34,904 bases of DNA from a virus, in the IMG/VR virus record IMGVR_UViG_3300006117_000005, positions 1 to 34,904 of that record, one strand, 5' to 3'. Position numbers and translations under genes: made by a program. Below are positions 5,235 to 14,614 of the stretch, piece by piece (the first letter of the stretch is position 1; each line of letters starts with the position of its first letter). The notes under the pieces were generated by a model, which worked only from the letters and a program-made list of their open reading frames with translations, had not been told where the DNA came from and ran no database searches.

Positions 5235-7908
5235 CACCACCAAGCAAGCCCGCCTTCATCAAACGATCAACTATTGACTGCTCAGCTTGAGTTACAGGTT
5301 GTTGAGCTGCATTACCCGCAAGACTTGGGCGCATTGCTTTGTTCACTGCAGTACTATCAATAATGTCCTTAACAGGTGCCAACACCATACGAACCCCCGG
5401 CTTGTTGATCACTCCACCCAAGAAATTCATCAATGCTGCAGATGTATTTGAGTTGTTCACATAAGAGTGTGGCGGTTGAGTCACTAGATAGTGGCCTGCT
5501 CTGCCAATATCTTTAATGTGTCGCAATTCATCAGGACTAAACATTGTCGATAATCTTCGATCACCTATCGAATCCAGTGCTCGCTTCATACCAGCAGGAC
5601 TAAATTGACCACTTTGATTTACGGCTTTATTGGAAATAAATTGCAGAACCTGTTGCTTAATATCAGCCACGGCTTGTGGGTTGATATTTCGCAGAGTTGA
5701 AACGGTCTGGTCCAACTCGTTTACATTACCATTCAAAATATGCTTGCTGAATAACTTGTCTGGCTCAACACCTTTCAAAGCATCCTGAATTAAAGGCATT
5801 TTTTCAATCTGCTGAGCATTGAATTGATGGGCTTGTCGAGCGAACTGATAGGCCTGTGCTGCGTCATTGCCAGAATTCAGTAATCCAGACATAGCTTCAC
5901 GCTGTCTGTCGACAATTGATTCGCGAACAATACCTAACGCTCTGGTTGCGCTTGTGGGTTGTCCCATTTGCAAAGATGACTTGTAATGATCATTCAGTAT
6001 CTTGATTAGCTCTTCACTTTTCTTGAGTGTGAAAAGTTCAGGGTTTTGACCAATTTGGGTTACTTTCTTTGCCACATCTGGCGGCAACGATGACATTAGG
6101 GCGGCATCATCAAGCTTGGTAAACACATCATTTGCAAGACCTGCACCATTAATCACAACATCATTACCCGGTGCATTTCGTGCCGCGTTATAAGCAGCAC
6201 CAATATATGCCTTATTTTGTGATTGTTGGTCTAGTAAAGCATCCGCTGCATTCTTCACCGCCCCATACTGATCTGTAGCTCGACCACCTGTTTTTAAAAT
6301 AGCTTCATCAAGAAGGTTAGCAATCTGCGAATTGTCACTTATAAACTTCTCGCGCAACTGATCGCCTGCACCACTAATTTTGGCAAGTTCAGCCTCTTTT
6401 TGCCAGAGTTTTGCATCGCCAGTAATTTGAGCTTGAGTGCCTTTAATACCTAATCGATCTAGCACGGCTTTACGCGCAACAGCTTCAGGATTTAAGTTTT
6501 TACCAGATCGTAATGCCTTTTGAGCATCTTGGCGCAGTCCGTTTGCAACCTCGTCAGATAAATCACCTAAACGCATGCCTTGGGATTTAAGCGCATCATC
6601 CAGCTTGTCATCGATACTTGCTAAAATTTGTGTCTGAATGCGCGGGTCAAATGATTTGGCTTTTTGTGCAAGCTTGGCAATTCCTTCACCGGCTTTTTGG
6701 CCTATTCCAGCGCCAATTGCACCGCCAGTCGCGCCAGCAACCATACTTTTTACACGCTCAGCATTATTCTCATGAATGCCTGTTGCACCTATCAAGCCAC
6801 CTAATGCTGCATTACGAGCCAAAAACTCCCGACCTGCAGCAGAGCTTAATGCAGTACCAGCCTTAAGTGTACCGCCTGTAGCTGCCAAAGGTGTTGTAAG
6901 AGCAATATTGGTTCCAAGTCGCACAACATCCATGCCCTGTTTATTGCCTTCACGAACTGTATTGTGAGCATCATTTGCTTCTTTAAGGCCCTTTGTTACG
7001 CGCTCATAAGAATTGGTATCAAGATTGGTGCCAGCTACTGCATTAACACCAGCACTGACCTTATCGCCAAGCCATGAGAAGCCCTGTACTACAGGCGCGC
7101 CGATGTCAGCCATCCCCAACAAGCCAGATTCCCAGAATTGTGTCGGACCCTGTTTTTTAAGTTGCTCTCGATAAACCTTTTGTTGAGCCTCTTTTGATAA
7201 ATCAGGTGGTGTGTAGTTTGCTTGCTTTTGCGCGCGAAAGAGCTGGTGCAGATCATTCACTGAGCCCATTTTCCCGCCAGATGCAGTTTTCCGAGCTTGT
7301 GGCATAGGTGCTGTATCCCTTAAATGTGGCGGTATATCAGATGCAAATCCGGGTCGAAGTTGTCGCCCTGTGAAGTTGGCTTGCATGGCTCTCGGTTGAT
7401 TGGAACTCATAAGCTGATGAAGGTCATTCATCGTAGCCTTGGTAGGCTGGGAGTTTCCTAAAAATCGATTAACGTCATTCCATGAGCGTTTATTTTGCGC
7501 ATATGGTGAGCTTGGTAGAGAGGCCCATTCTTTACCAAGCTTCTGTATAGCGGCTTGATAATTGCCATTTAACACATCATTTAAGGCCCCACGCTCCGCA
7601 ATAAGTGCAACAGCACCTAAGTCTTGATTCCGTGGTGAGAAATCGTTTAATTTGTATCGTTTCGCTAGACTATTCCATGTTCCATTTAGAAATTGATAGC
7701 GCCCCGCTGCGGTAGTCACATTTGTTTTGCCATCAGTCTGACGGAACTGTTTTTTAATATTTGGATGTTGGCTTAAGTTGTTAATTCGCTCATTGCCAAA
7801 AAGTGTGTTGTATCCATGTTTTACATCCTCGGTTGTGGCAATTAAGTCAAGCATCTTGCGCACATTTGGGACTTGTACTGCTTGTTCAATCTGTTGACGT
7901 GTTGCCAT
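5212..7908 (-). CDS. Internal virion/ejection protein with an N-terminal lambda-R-type lytic transglycosylase (GH104-like) domain
   Basis: 898 aa. Residues ~15-140 align by eye with lambda R: TTED vs SEGT, HGYNTLFG vs HGYDVIVG, AAGRYQFL vs GAGRYQLL, DFSPRNQD vs DFSPKSQD, ERGAL, WASLP. The rest is long and Ala/Gln-rich helical. Confidence 0.8.
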   Translation of the reverse strand: MATRQQIEQAVQVPNVRKMLDLIATTEDVKHGYNTLFGNERINNLSQHPNIKKQFRQTDGKTNVTTAAGRYQFLNGTWNSLAKRYKLNDFSPRNQDLGAVALIAERGALNDVLNGNYQAAIQKLGKEWASLPSSPYAQNKRSWNDVNRFLGNSQPTKATMNDLHQLMSSNQPRAMQANFTGRQLRPGFASDIPPHLRDTAPMPQARKTASGGKMGSVNDLHQLFRAQKQANYTPPDLSKEAQQKVYREQLKKQGPTQFWESGLLGMADIGAPVVQGFSWLGDKVSAGVNAVAGTNLDTNSYERVTKGLKEANDAHNTVREGNKQGMDVVRLGTNIALTTPLAATGGTLKAGTALSSAAGREFLARNAALGGLIGATGIHENNAERVKSMVAGATGGAIGAGIGQKAGEGIAKLAQKAKSFDPRIQTQILASIDDKLDDALKSQGMRLGDLSDEVANGLRQDAQKALRSGKNLNPEAVARKAVLDRLGIKGTQAQITGDAKLWQKEAELAKISGAGDQLREKFISDNSQIANLLDEAILKTGGRATDQYGAVKNAADALLDQQSQNKAYIGAAYNAARNAPGNDVVINGAGLANDVFTKLDDAALMSSLPPDVAKKVTQIGQNPELFTLKKSEELIKILNDHYKSSLQMGQPTSATRALGIVRESIVDRQREAMSGLLNSGNDAAQAYQFARQAHQFNAQQIEKMPLIQDALKGVEPDKLFSKHILNGNVNELDQTVSTLRNINPQAVADIKQQVLQFISNKAVNQSGQFSPAGMKRALDSIGDRRLSTMFSPDELRHIKDIGRAGHYLVTQPPHSYVNNSNTSAALMNFLGGVINKPGVRMVLAPVKDIIDSTAVNKAMRPSLAGNAAQQPVTQAEQSIVDRLMKAGLLGGANLKDQQ

Positions 7909-7916
7909 ATTTTCAC

Positions 7917-9299
7917 CTATCGAATTGTTCCACCCGAACTACGAACTGCTTCAGTAATCTCTTGTACCGTTCGGCCTGACTGCTGTGCGTATTCACGAAT
8001 CATTGCTTGTGTGTAAATTTTCCCGGTGACTGGTGCACCTTGAGATTGAGTATTTAAAGAAATGCTGCCGCCACGCGTTGCATAATTCATGGCCTGTTTT
8101 TTTGCATTTTGAGCTACAGTGTTCATTTGTTGCGAAAGACTGGCTAAGCGCCGAGCCATTTCTTGCTGACTAATACCTGGCTTGAGATTTTCCACCGCTG
8201 CTGCAATTTTCTCACCTTCGGCGTTGGATAACGCGCCCATGCCCTGCATAGCTTTAACTGTTGGCAAGAATACTTGCGCTTTAAGGTTTTCAAGCTGAGA
8301 TTGAAATTCATAAGCATCTGTACCCGGGACCATGCCAGATAAACTGGTTAGTCCTGTGCCCATGCCAATGCCCGGATGATTAATTAAATCAGCTGCGGTT
8401 TTAGAAGCTCGCGCAGCTTGTCGCGCCCCATCTGCCGCCGCAAGCGCATTATTAACCCGCTCAATTTTTTGCTCCGGTTTTTCGCCCTTTACTGCCTGAC
8501 TTTCAAGTTTTTGTTTCATTAATTGGAAGTCTTGGTCTGAGTAAAAGTGAGCATCCTTCTGCTGGAAATCGGCCCAGAACTGATCTTTATTTTGATCAAG
8601 CGCATCGTACTTATATTGAGTGTCTACACCCAGCTGATCATATTTATATTCACGATCCGCATCTGCAATTGACTGGTTAATGTCCTGCCCACGCATTGCG
8701 GTTTCATTATCCAGCCGATTGTCTGCTGAGGTGTACATCAAGCTTGCTGGGTCTTTGGCATTTGCAAATACAAGGCCGCTGGCGAATTGTTTTAATGCTG
8801 CTGGATCGGTACCTAAAATATCAATTTGTTTGCTGTATTGATCATAAAGCTCAGGGGTAACCCCACCTGCCTTATATGCATTATTTAAGGCAAGTTTTAC
8901 CGCCATTGGATCGCCGGTTTGAGCACCTATCATCAGCGCCCGGTCAGCATTGGCCATGAGTTTTCCAGAGTTATCCAGATTGTAGCCGCCAGCTTGGGCG
9001 TTATTTTTTGATGCTTCACTTGAGATTTTAGATATTTCAGCTTCTGTTTTTAGTTGATCGTAAAGCTGTTTTTGCTTGGCTTGTTCGTCAGCTCTGATCT
9101 GTGCGTTTAGTTCCCGGCTAAACATTGAGTTATTTGCATAAGCTTTACGTTCTTCCGGATTTTCGATTTGCATCATTTTTCCGGCTTGACGACCTGAAAG
9201 AAGTTGCCTTAAAGCCAGTCCAAACTCTAAACCCTTCTGCGCCCCACCCAAAAGATCTGGCTGTTGCTGGCCCATCAAAATAATTTCTGGATTAAGCAT
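7917..9299 (-). CDS. Internal virion/ejection protein (predicted from position and composition)
   Basis: 460 aa, Gln/Ala-rich and helical, lying between two other ejection-type genes. Confidence 0.6.
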   Translation of the reverse strand: MLNPEIILMGQQQPDLLGGAQKGLEFGLALRQLLSGRQAGKMMQIENPEERKAYANNSMFSRELNAQIRADEQAKQKQLYDQLKTEAEISKISSEASKNNAQAGGYNLDNSGKLMANADRALMIGAQTGDPMAVKLALNNAYKAGGVTPELYDQYSKQIDILGTDPAALKQFASGLVFANAKDPASLMYTSADNRLDNETAMRGQDINQSIADADREYKYDQLGVDTQYKYDALDQNKDQFWADFQQKDAHFYSDQDFQLMKQKLESQAVKGEKPEQKIERVNNALAAADGARQAARASKTAADLINHPGIGMGTGLTSLSGMVPGTDAYEFQSQLENLKAQVFLPTVKAMQGMGALSNAEGEKIAAAVENLKPGISQQEMARRLASLSQQMNTVAQNAKKQAMNYATRGGSISLNTQSQGAPVTGKIYTQAMIREYAQQSGRTVQEITEAVRSSGGTIR

Positions 9300-9309
9300 A
9301 GTTACCTCA

Positions 9310-9948
9310 CTAAATCATTACACCGCCAGCAACTCCGGCAAGTTGCATTAACGAGTTGAATGTATTGGCTTGACGATTTCCAGCAGCAACTACTCCAGCA
9401 GCCTGAGCATTAGCCCCCGCCATGGTGTTATTAGCAATTGCCTGACCGGTTTGCAAACCTGCATTACCTGTTTGTGCGGCTGCGTTCTGCCCCACCCCAA
9501 CAAGGTTGGCCAAGCGGTTATATTGATTGGTCTGGTCAGCATTGAAGCGGTTATAGGCATTTTGAAATTCTTGTGAAGCCGCCTCTTGACCGTAATTCAT
9601 TAATGCTTTTTGCGTGGCACCGCTCAACAATCCACCCTGAGCTGCTGCGCCGGACTGAATCGCATTTTGTCCCTGCTGTAGCCGGAACTGATAAGAAGGG
9701 TCATTGTAAATATCTTGCCCTGTGTACGACTGCATGAATTGACCATCTTGACCCATACCACCCATTAGCTGTTTAAGCGCATCTGCACCGGCTTGACTGT
9801 ACGGGCTTAAGTCTTGACGAGTCTGGTCGTACATATCCTTTTGTATTTGCGATGCTTCTTTTGTAGACTGGTATTGAATATTAGCGGCATTTTTTGCGGC
9901 TTTTGCCTGCTGATTTGATCCTGTGATTGCCCCGAGAACCTTAGTCAT
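9310..9948 (-). CDS. Low-complexity Q/N/A/G-rich virion protein (ejection or needle-like)
   Basis: 212 aa with a hydrophobic C-terminus AGVAGGVMI, in the position of P22 ejection/needle genes. Confidence 0.55.
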   Translation of the reverse strand: MTKVLGAITGSNQQAKAAKNAANIQYQSTKEASQIQKDMYDQTRQDLSPYSQAGADALKQLMGGMGQDGQFMQSYTGQDIYNDPSYQFRLQQGQNAIQSGAAAQGGLLSGATQKALMNYGQEAASQEFQNAYNRFNADQTNQYNRLANLVGVGQNAAAQTGNAGLQTGQAIANNTMAGANAQAAGVVAAGNRQANTFNSLMQLAGVAGGVMI

Positions 9949-9949
9949 A

Positions 9950-10399
9950 TCACATCCTCTTCATAAATATTGTTTCAGACCTTTTAAAGCCTTTTCTTTC
10001 CCATACAGCCCCTCGATAGCACACATCTAGTGTCACTAAGGCCCATGTATAGCAGCCAAGCTTTCTAATGTATTCTTCGCTGCACTGAATAAGAAAATTT
10101 GAGTGTTTTCGATGTTCAGGTGCCACATAGATTGCATCGGTACATGCTTGCCATTTGCCTTTGAAGCGCGCCAGCGGATTCATTGTGATCCAGTGAAAGC
10201 CAATCGGAATGCCATTCTCACGCATGACCAGACAATGAAACTGCCCTGATGCCTCAGACTGCTCATACAGCTCAAAATCAAAATCTAGATCAAGGCCTAA
10301 CGCATCTTTTTCATCAAGATTATGAACAGCAATACAAAGCGGCATGATCTGATCAATACAGTCAATCCAGTGTTCGCGCTCAACCGTTACTTTGCTCAT
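9950..10399 (-). CDS. GNAT-fold-like (acetyltransferase-like) protein inside the virion module
   Basis: Start refined to MSKVTVERE with GGAGAG 6 nt upstream. It has the beta-strand/helix pattern IYVAPEHRKHSNFLIQCSEEYIRKLG and a C-terminal ERKGFKR typical of GNAT. The Q/RxxGxG/A acetyl-CoA loop is not conserved. Confidence 0.5.
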   Translation of the reverse strand: MSKVTVEREHWIDCIDQIMPLCIAVHNLDEKDALGLDLDFDFELYEQSEASGQFHCLVMRENGIPIGFHWITMNPLARFKGKWQACTDAIYVAPEHRKHSNFLIQCSEEYIRKLGCYTWALVTLDVCYRGAVWERKGFKRSETIFMKRM

Positions 10400-10448
10400 T
10401 GGTACTCTCCAATTCATTTAAACGGTTTATTGCCTTAGCCACTTCATC

Positions 10449-10473
10449 AAAAAAAAGCCGCCACGTAGGCGAC
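10449..10473 (-). terminator. Hairpin plus U8 between the gp10-like and GNAT-like genes
   Basis: Minus strand reads GTCGCC-TACGT-GGCGGC followed by TTTTTTTT. Confidence 0.55.
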
Positions 10474-10531
10474 ATTTGATTATTAATAAACATGGGCTCA
10501 TTAAATGGGGGGATGAGTTGTTTTTCAGCCA

Positions 10532-11929
10532 TTATCTGACCCTCGCTTTAGCACCAAGAAGCACAAGCCGACCTGCATCTGTCATGCGCAATCGAAATAC
10601 GCGCTTAAAGGATTGTCCAAGCCGACGGAATAAAATTCGTTTGGTAAACTCTCCGACACCACCTAGATCAATCTGACGTGTGGATGACCATGTGCGACCC
10701 CCATCATCAGACCAGTCCAGCATAATTTGCGGCTTGGTGTTATCAATTTGACCCGCCTGGACACTTAACTCCAGCTCATCAAAGATAATTCGCTGTGTGT
10801 GCGGATTAATGACTGGGGTAATCCGCTCTCGCATAATGAGCGCACCATCGTCTGTATTGCTTTCTGTGCTCATTGCATAGATGCGTCCATCTACCCTGTC
10901 ACCTACGAGCTGCATGCCATTAAAAAAACAGTATGAGAGCGCACGATGGTGCTCATGCTTGTAAGTTTCGAGATTGAAGTAACTGCGCTCATGCCACATC
11001 TGAGTAGCCAAGTCGTAGCACAGTGTTTTGCGCTCAGATGGAAATGAAATTAAATAAAATGCATGTCCATTTTCCTGATATGCAAAACCGTATGCATTGG
11101 AAATCTGGTCATAGCTGGCAATTTCAGCTTCTATCGCATGATTGGAAATTCGCTGCACCTGATAGCCTTGTGTCATCACAATCTGACCCTGACCATGTTC
11201 TGACTGAGAGAGCCAAACCAGACTAGGCCCCATGGTGCTGATTGAGTTTTTTGCAATACAGCCGATAGGTAATAATGCGCCAGACATGCGCTGAAATGGC
11301 TGTTCGCTAGAGCCTGTAGGCGCCCAAATTTCTGTAGTCTTTTCGCCAATCAACCACAGGTTGCCATTATTCACAATCGAGCGAACCAGATTATCTGACT
11401 TGCTTTCAGCTGTAGCATAAGATAATGCTGTGGTGTCAGTATTAAGCAGCCCTGACCATTGGAACCGGCCAGTATTGGGTACCGTCCAAATAAATCGTGA
11501 GTCCAGAAAAGCGACATCAGATGCGCCAAAAAATTCTGGCCCACTCATTGTGCTTAAAGTGTTAGTCCTGAGATTAAAGCTATAAGCCTTATTGCTGACA
11601 ATCATGACTTGAATCGAGTTATCAGCAAAATAAACCGTATTTACTCCAGCGACTTCGCCAATTTCTTCAATCTGATCACTTTTGCTAATTGAATAAAGCT
11701 TTTGACCTGCAACCACAAGTAAGCGGTCTGTTAGAGCATACATGCCTCGTACACGGCCTGATAATTCGTATTTTTTCTTTAGTCCAGGAGTCGGTAAAAG
11801 CGCCGACACTTGCGGAGCATTTCCACTTTCAACCACTTGCGGATAAAGGTTTAATGTTCGCTGACAGTCAATTGACCAGTCTTTTAAGTGATAGGACTGC
11901 CCAACGATAGGAATATCAATTATGGCCAT
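10532..11929 (-). CDS. P22 gp10-like tail hub / packaged-DNA stabilisation protein
   Basis: 465 aa (P22 gp10 is about 470 aa). It follows the gp4-like gene. Beta-rich sequence. Confidence 0.6.
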   Translation of the reverse strand: MAIIDIPIVGQSYHLKDWSIDCQRTLNLYPQVVESGNAPQVSALLPTPGLKKKYELSGRVRGMYALTDRLLVVAGQKLYSISKSDQIEEIGEVAGVNTVYFADNSIQVMIVSNKAYSFNLRTNTLSTMSGPEFFGASDVAFLDSRFIWTVPNTGRFQWSGLLNTDTTALSYATAESKSDNLVRSIVNNGNLWLIGEKTTEIWAPTGSSEQPFQRMSGALLPIGCIAKNSISTMGPSLVWLSQSEHGQGQIVMTQGYQVQRISNHAIEAEIASYDQISNAYGFAYQENGHAFYLISFPSERKTLCYDLATQMWHERSYFNLETYKHEHHRALSYCFFNGMQLVGDRVDGRIYAMSTESNTDDGALIMRERITPVINPHTQRIIFDELELSVQAGQIDNTKPQIMLDWSDDGGRTWSSTRQIDLGGVGEFTKRILFRRLGQSFKRVFRLRMTDAGRLVLLGAKARVR

Positions 11930-12606
11930 GTCTGGGTCACTCCTACTGGCAAACTGTTTTTCACATAAAGTGGAGTGATATTACTGCGCTTTAAAAACTC
12001 AATCGCATTTGCCTGATTCTTCAAAAGCAGTCCAGACGGCTCAACACCAAACATCGGTGCTATCTCAAGAGCCAGCGTTAGCTTTAGAGCACGTTCATAA
12101 TGGGGAGGCAGGTGCAATTCATCATGTGGGCACAAGTCATAAGGAAGAGTGAAAACCTTAATCTTCAACTCTTTTGCATGATCTTTGACATGAAATCGCC
12201 AGCTTGGACTGTCCACTTCATACCAGACGCGGACATAGCATGGATTACTGCTGCTATTTGTATCTCGCACCAGTGTGATTTCTTCATCATCTAACCAGGC
12301 ACGCTCAGAGATATGTGAGATTTCTGCGGTCAAATCTGGCCGCTGTAAAACCTCGCCACAGCAAGTTAATTCGCACTGGCAACAATCCCCTTCTATTTTG
12401 CCAATGAGGTAGGTATTTGCGCCTTTACTCAACGGCAAGGTTAAAATAGTGGCTTTATGCACATATAAGCGGTCTGTCGCCCATTGATGCAAAAGATCCT
12501 GAAGTGAGCTAAGAGCGTCAGCAATCTCGTCGCCTTGAGCTGTTTCACCAGCTGCAAGCACACCAAGCTGCTTTAACGCTGCTTCTACAATTTTGCTGAC
12601 GTTCAT
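11920..12606 (-). CDS. P22 gp4-like head-to-tail adaptor
   Basis: 228 aa. The N-terminus IVEAALKQLGVLAAGETAQGDEIADALSSLQDLLHQW resembles the gp4 N-terminus (ALRKLGV...). Position is consistent. Confidence 0.55.
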   Translation of the reverse strand: MNVSKIVEAALKQLGVLAAGETAQGDEIADALSSLQDLLHQWATDRLYVHKATILTLPLSKGANTYLIGKIEGDCCQCELTCCGEVLQRPDLTAEISHISERAWLDDEEITLVRDTNSSSNPCYVRVWYEVDSPSWRFHVKDHAKELKIKVFTLPYDLCPHDELHLPPHYERALKLTLALEIAPMFGVEPSGLLLKNQANAIEFLKRSNITPLYVKNSLPVGVTQTWP

Positions 12607-12608
12607 AG

Positions 12609-12851
12609 TTATTCAACCTTTTCGTAAGTCGCTTCAAATATGTCTGGCTTGCATGGATAGACTTCACCCTGAACGCCTTTAATAATGTAGTCACCCGGCA
12701 TGGCTTTCATCACACCCTCTAATGTGTTGATAAGAATTACCCCGCCCGGCTCACGCCCAACATCTGCATTATCAACCCATATTGGGAACTCATTTTCATC
12801 ACTATTTTGCCATGCTTCAATCACAACAGGTTTTTTACGATACTGAGTCAT
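12609..12851 (-). CDS. Small conserved phage protein, unknown function
   Basis: Start refined to MTQYRKKPV with a GGGG-rich RBS. The C-terminal PGDYIIKGVQGEVYPCKPDIFEATYE motif recurs in phage hypotheticals (from memory). Confidence 0.65.
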   Translation of the reverse strand: MTQYRKKPVVIEAWQNSDENEFPIWVDNADVGREPGGVILINTLEGVMKAMPGDYIIKGVQGEVYPCKPDIFEATYEKVE

Positions 12852-13326
12852 TGCCCGCCCCTTCATTCAGCTTTTCTTCTGACTCAAGAACCATGCTCAC
12901 CAGCTCTGGTTTACCGGTACGTGCGCCATAAGTAATTTTTCGGTCATCAAGGATTTGCCGAAGATCATCAGCAGGCAGGTCCTCAATTTCCTTGTAGCGA
13001 ATAGTTTTGCGATAAGAAGCGTTATCACGTTTTTCATTGGCAAGCTGTTCTTCAAGTTCGGTAATTTTGGCTACCGCTGAATCGCGCTGACTTACCACTT
13101 CGTCATATTCGGCCTGAGACACACCATCGGTATACTGAAAGGATTCCTGATCAGTAAAGCCAATATCAAGACCATTAGAATCAACCGGATCAGGTTCTTT
13201 TAGTTCAGCATGTTCTTGCCAGCCCTGATCTTTAAGTTGACGCTCAAGTTCAGAATTTTCGGCAATGATGTGCTGGAAGTTGCTTTGATCGCCCTTGTAC
13301 AACATCTTTGGATAGTTCTTTTCCAT
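12835..13326 (-). CDS. Acidic protein with a C-terminal HeH/SAP-like motif, downstream of coat
   Basis: 163 aa. YPKMLYK N-terminus and a C-terminal LPADDLRQILDDRKITYGARTGKPELVSMV helix-extension-helix-like segment. Confidence 0.65.
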   Translation of the reverse strand: MEKNYPKMLYKGDQSNFQHIIAENSELERQLKDQGWQEHAELKEPDPVDSNGLDIGFTDQESFQYTDGVSQAEYDEVVSQRDSAVAKITELEEQLANEKRDNASYRKTIRYKEIEDLPADDLRQILDDRKITYGARTGKPELVSMVLESEEKLNEGAGNDSVS

Positions 13327-13375
13327 TTCCTTGTCCTTTTCAGGTTAAAAAGAAAGGAGCCGAAGCTCCCCAATC

Positions 13376-14611
13376 TTATGTACGTTTAATACCCACACGC
13401 GCAGCATGGTTGCCACGAACGGTAGTGAAGCCATACAGCACATCAAGACGCGTATCGGTGCTGAGTGTGCGAATATCACCTCCTGTTTGCACGGTCACAG
13501 CAAATGCGTCAGATTTGAACATGTAGCCTTCTGCATTTGGAATTACACCAATTGGTACGAATGCAGCAGCGAATGCGTGTGGATCGTATGCCAGAGCCTG
13601 TTCAATCAGATCACCTTGCGTACCCACAAAAGACAATGCAGCAGATGCAGCCGGAGCCACGTCAACAGTCGCATTTGCATTGCGCTTACCATTGCTGTCC
13701 AGATTTGGAATGATTTCAGGGTAAATTTTGAGAGTTGCCGTTGCGCCACCCGCAGTGACTTTTTCAAGCACTACAAATTGCATTAAATGACTGGTTTTCT
13801 GGCGAGTAATCGGATGAATCATATAAACGCCTGGAATAGAGAAAACCTGACCGGCTTCAATCACATCGCCATTGGTTAGGCCTGTAATCGCTAGAAGCTT
13901 TCCGGTCTGGCCTGCACCATTGACAGTCATACCAGCAACCTTACCAACCTGCATTGCCCAGATGTGTTCTGATTCAAAGAAGTCGTAACCACGAGCACGG
14001 CCAATATAGCCTTCGCGGTATTGTTTTGCGATTTCGGGTTGCGGATTAAACAAGGTGCCACTGGTATCAACGATTTCATTAGTGAAATCACTTGAAATAA
14101 TCACCTTACGATCTACATCTGGTGACAAGGCGCGGTTCATTGCTGAACGTGCACGGCCAAACGGTGCCAGCGGATGTTTTTCGGTTGCGCCATACAGCAC
14201 AAAGTTATTTACAGTGACAATCCCTTTACGAAGAATGTCAGCATCAACAGCCGTTGCCAGTGAGTTTACTGCAGGGCGTAAGAAACGCTCTTTATAATCA
14301 GCAAGTTCAAGCTCGCGCTCATAAACACCGAAATTCAAGCCAACATGCTTATGCGTGTCGATGGTTAGAGTAACTTCCTGCTCTCGAGCATTAATGTTCT
14401 GGTCATCACTGTTAAGAACGTTGCCATCTGTTACGACAGGCACCGGCGGGATGCGGATAGTGACCTTTCCACCTGTTTTGTAACCATCAATTTCTTTACG
14501 AACATCTTTTTCGCGCTCACGACTGATAGTTCGCACAAAAACAGACTGGTCTAGCAGCATTGCCGCTGCTTCTTTTGCAATGATTGAATGCGTTAATAGT
14601 TTATTAGCCAT
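13376..14611 (-). CDS. Major capsid protein, P22 coat type
   Basis: 411 aa. The C-terminus GGDIRTLSTDTRLDVLYGFTTVRGNHAARVGI parallels P22 gp5 [30 protein letters not shown] (from memory). It follows a scaffold gene. Confidence 0.8.
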   Translation of the reverse strand: MANKLLTHSIIAKEAAAMLLDQSVFVRTISREREKDVRKEIDGYKTGGKVTIRIPPVPVVTDGNVLNSDDQNINAREQEVTLTIDTHKHVGLNFGVYERELELADYKERFLRPAVNSLATAVDADILRKGIVTVNNFVLYGATEKHPLAPFGRARSAMNRALSPDVDRKVIISSDFTNEIVDTSGTLFNPQPEIAKQYREGYIGRARGYDFFESEHIWAMQVGKVAGMTVNGAGQTGKLLAITGLTNGDVIEAGQVFSIPGVYMIHPITRQKTSHLMQFVVLEKVTAGGATATLKIYPEIIPNLDSNGKRNANATVDVAPAASAALSFVGTQGDLIEQALAYDPHAFAAAFVPIGVIPNAEGYMFKSDAFAVTVQTGGDIRTLSTDTRLDVLYGFTTVRGNHAARVGIKRT

Positions 14612-14614
14612 AGG

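Noticed and set aside
9310-9948. Calling the 212-aa Q/N/A/G-rich protein a P22 gp26-type tail needle.
   Set aside because: Only its position and low-complexity, possibly coiled-coil, composition support the call. I recognised no specific gp26 motif, so it is left as a generic virion/ejection protein.
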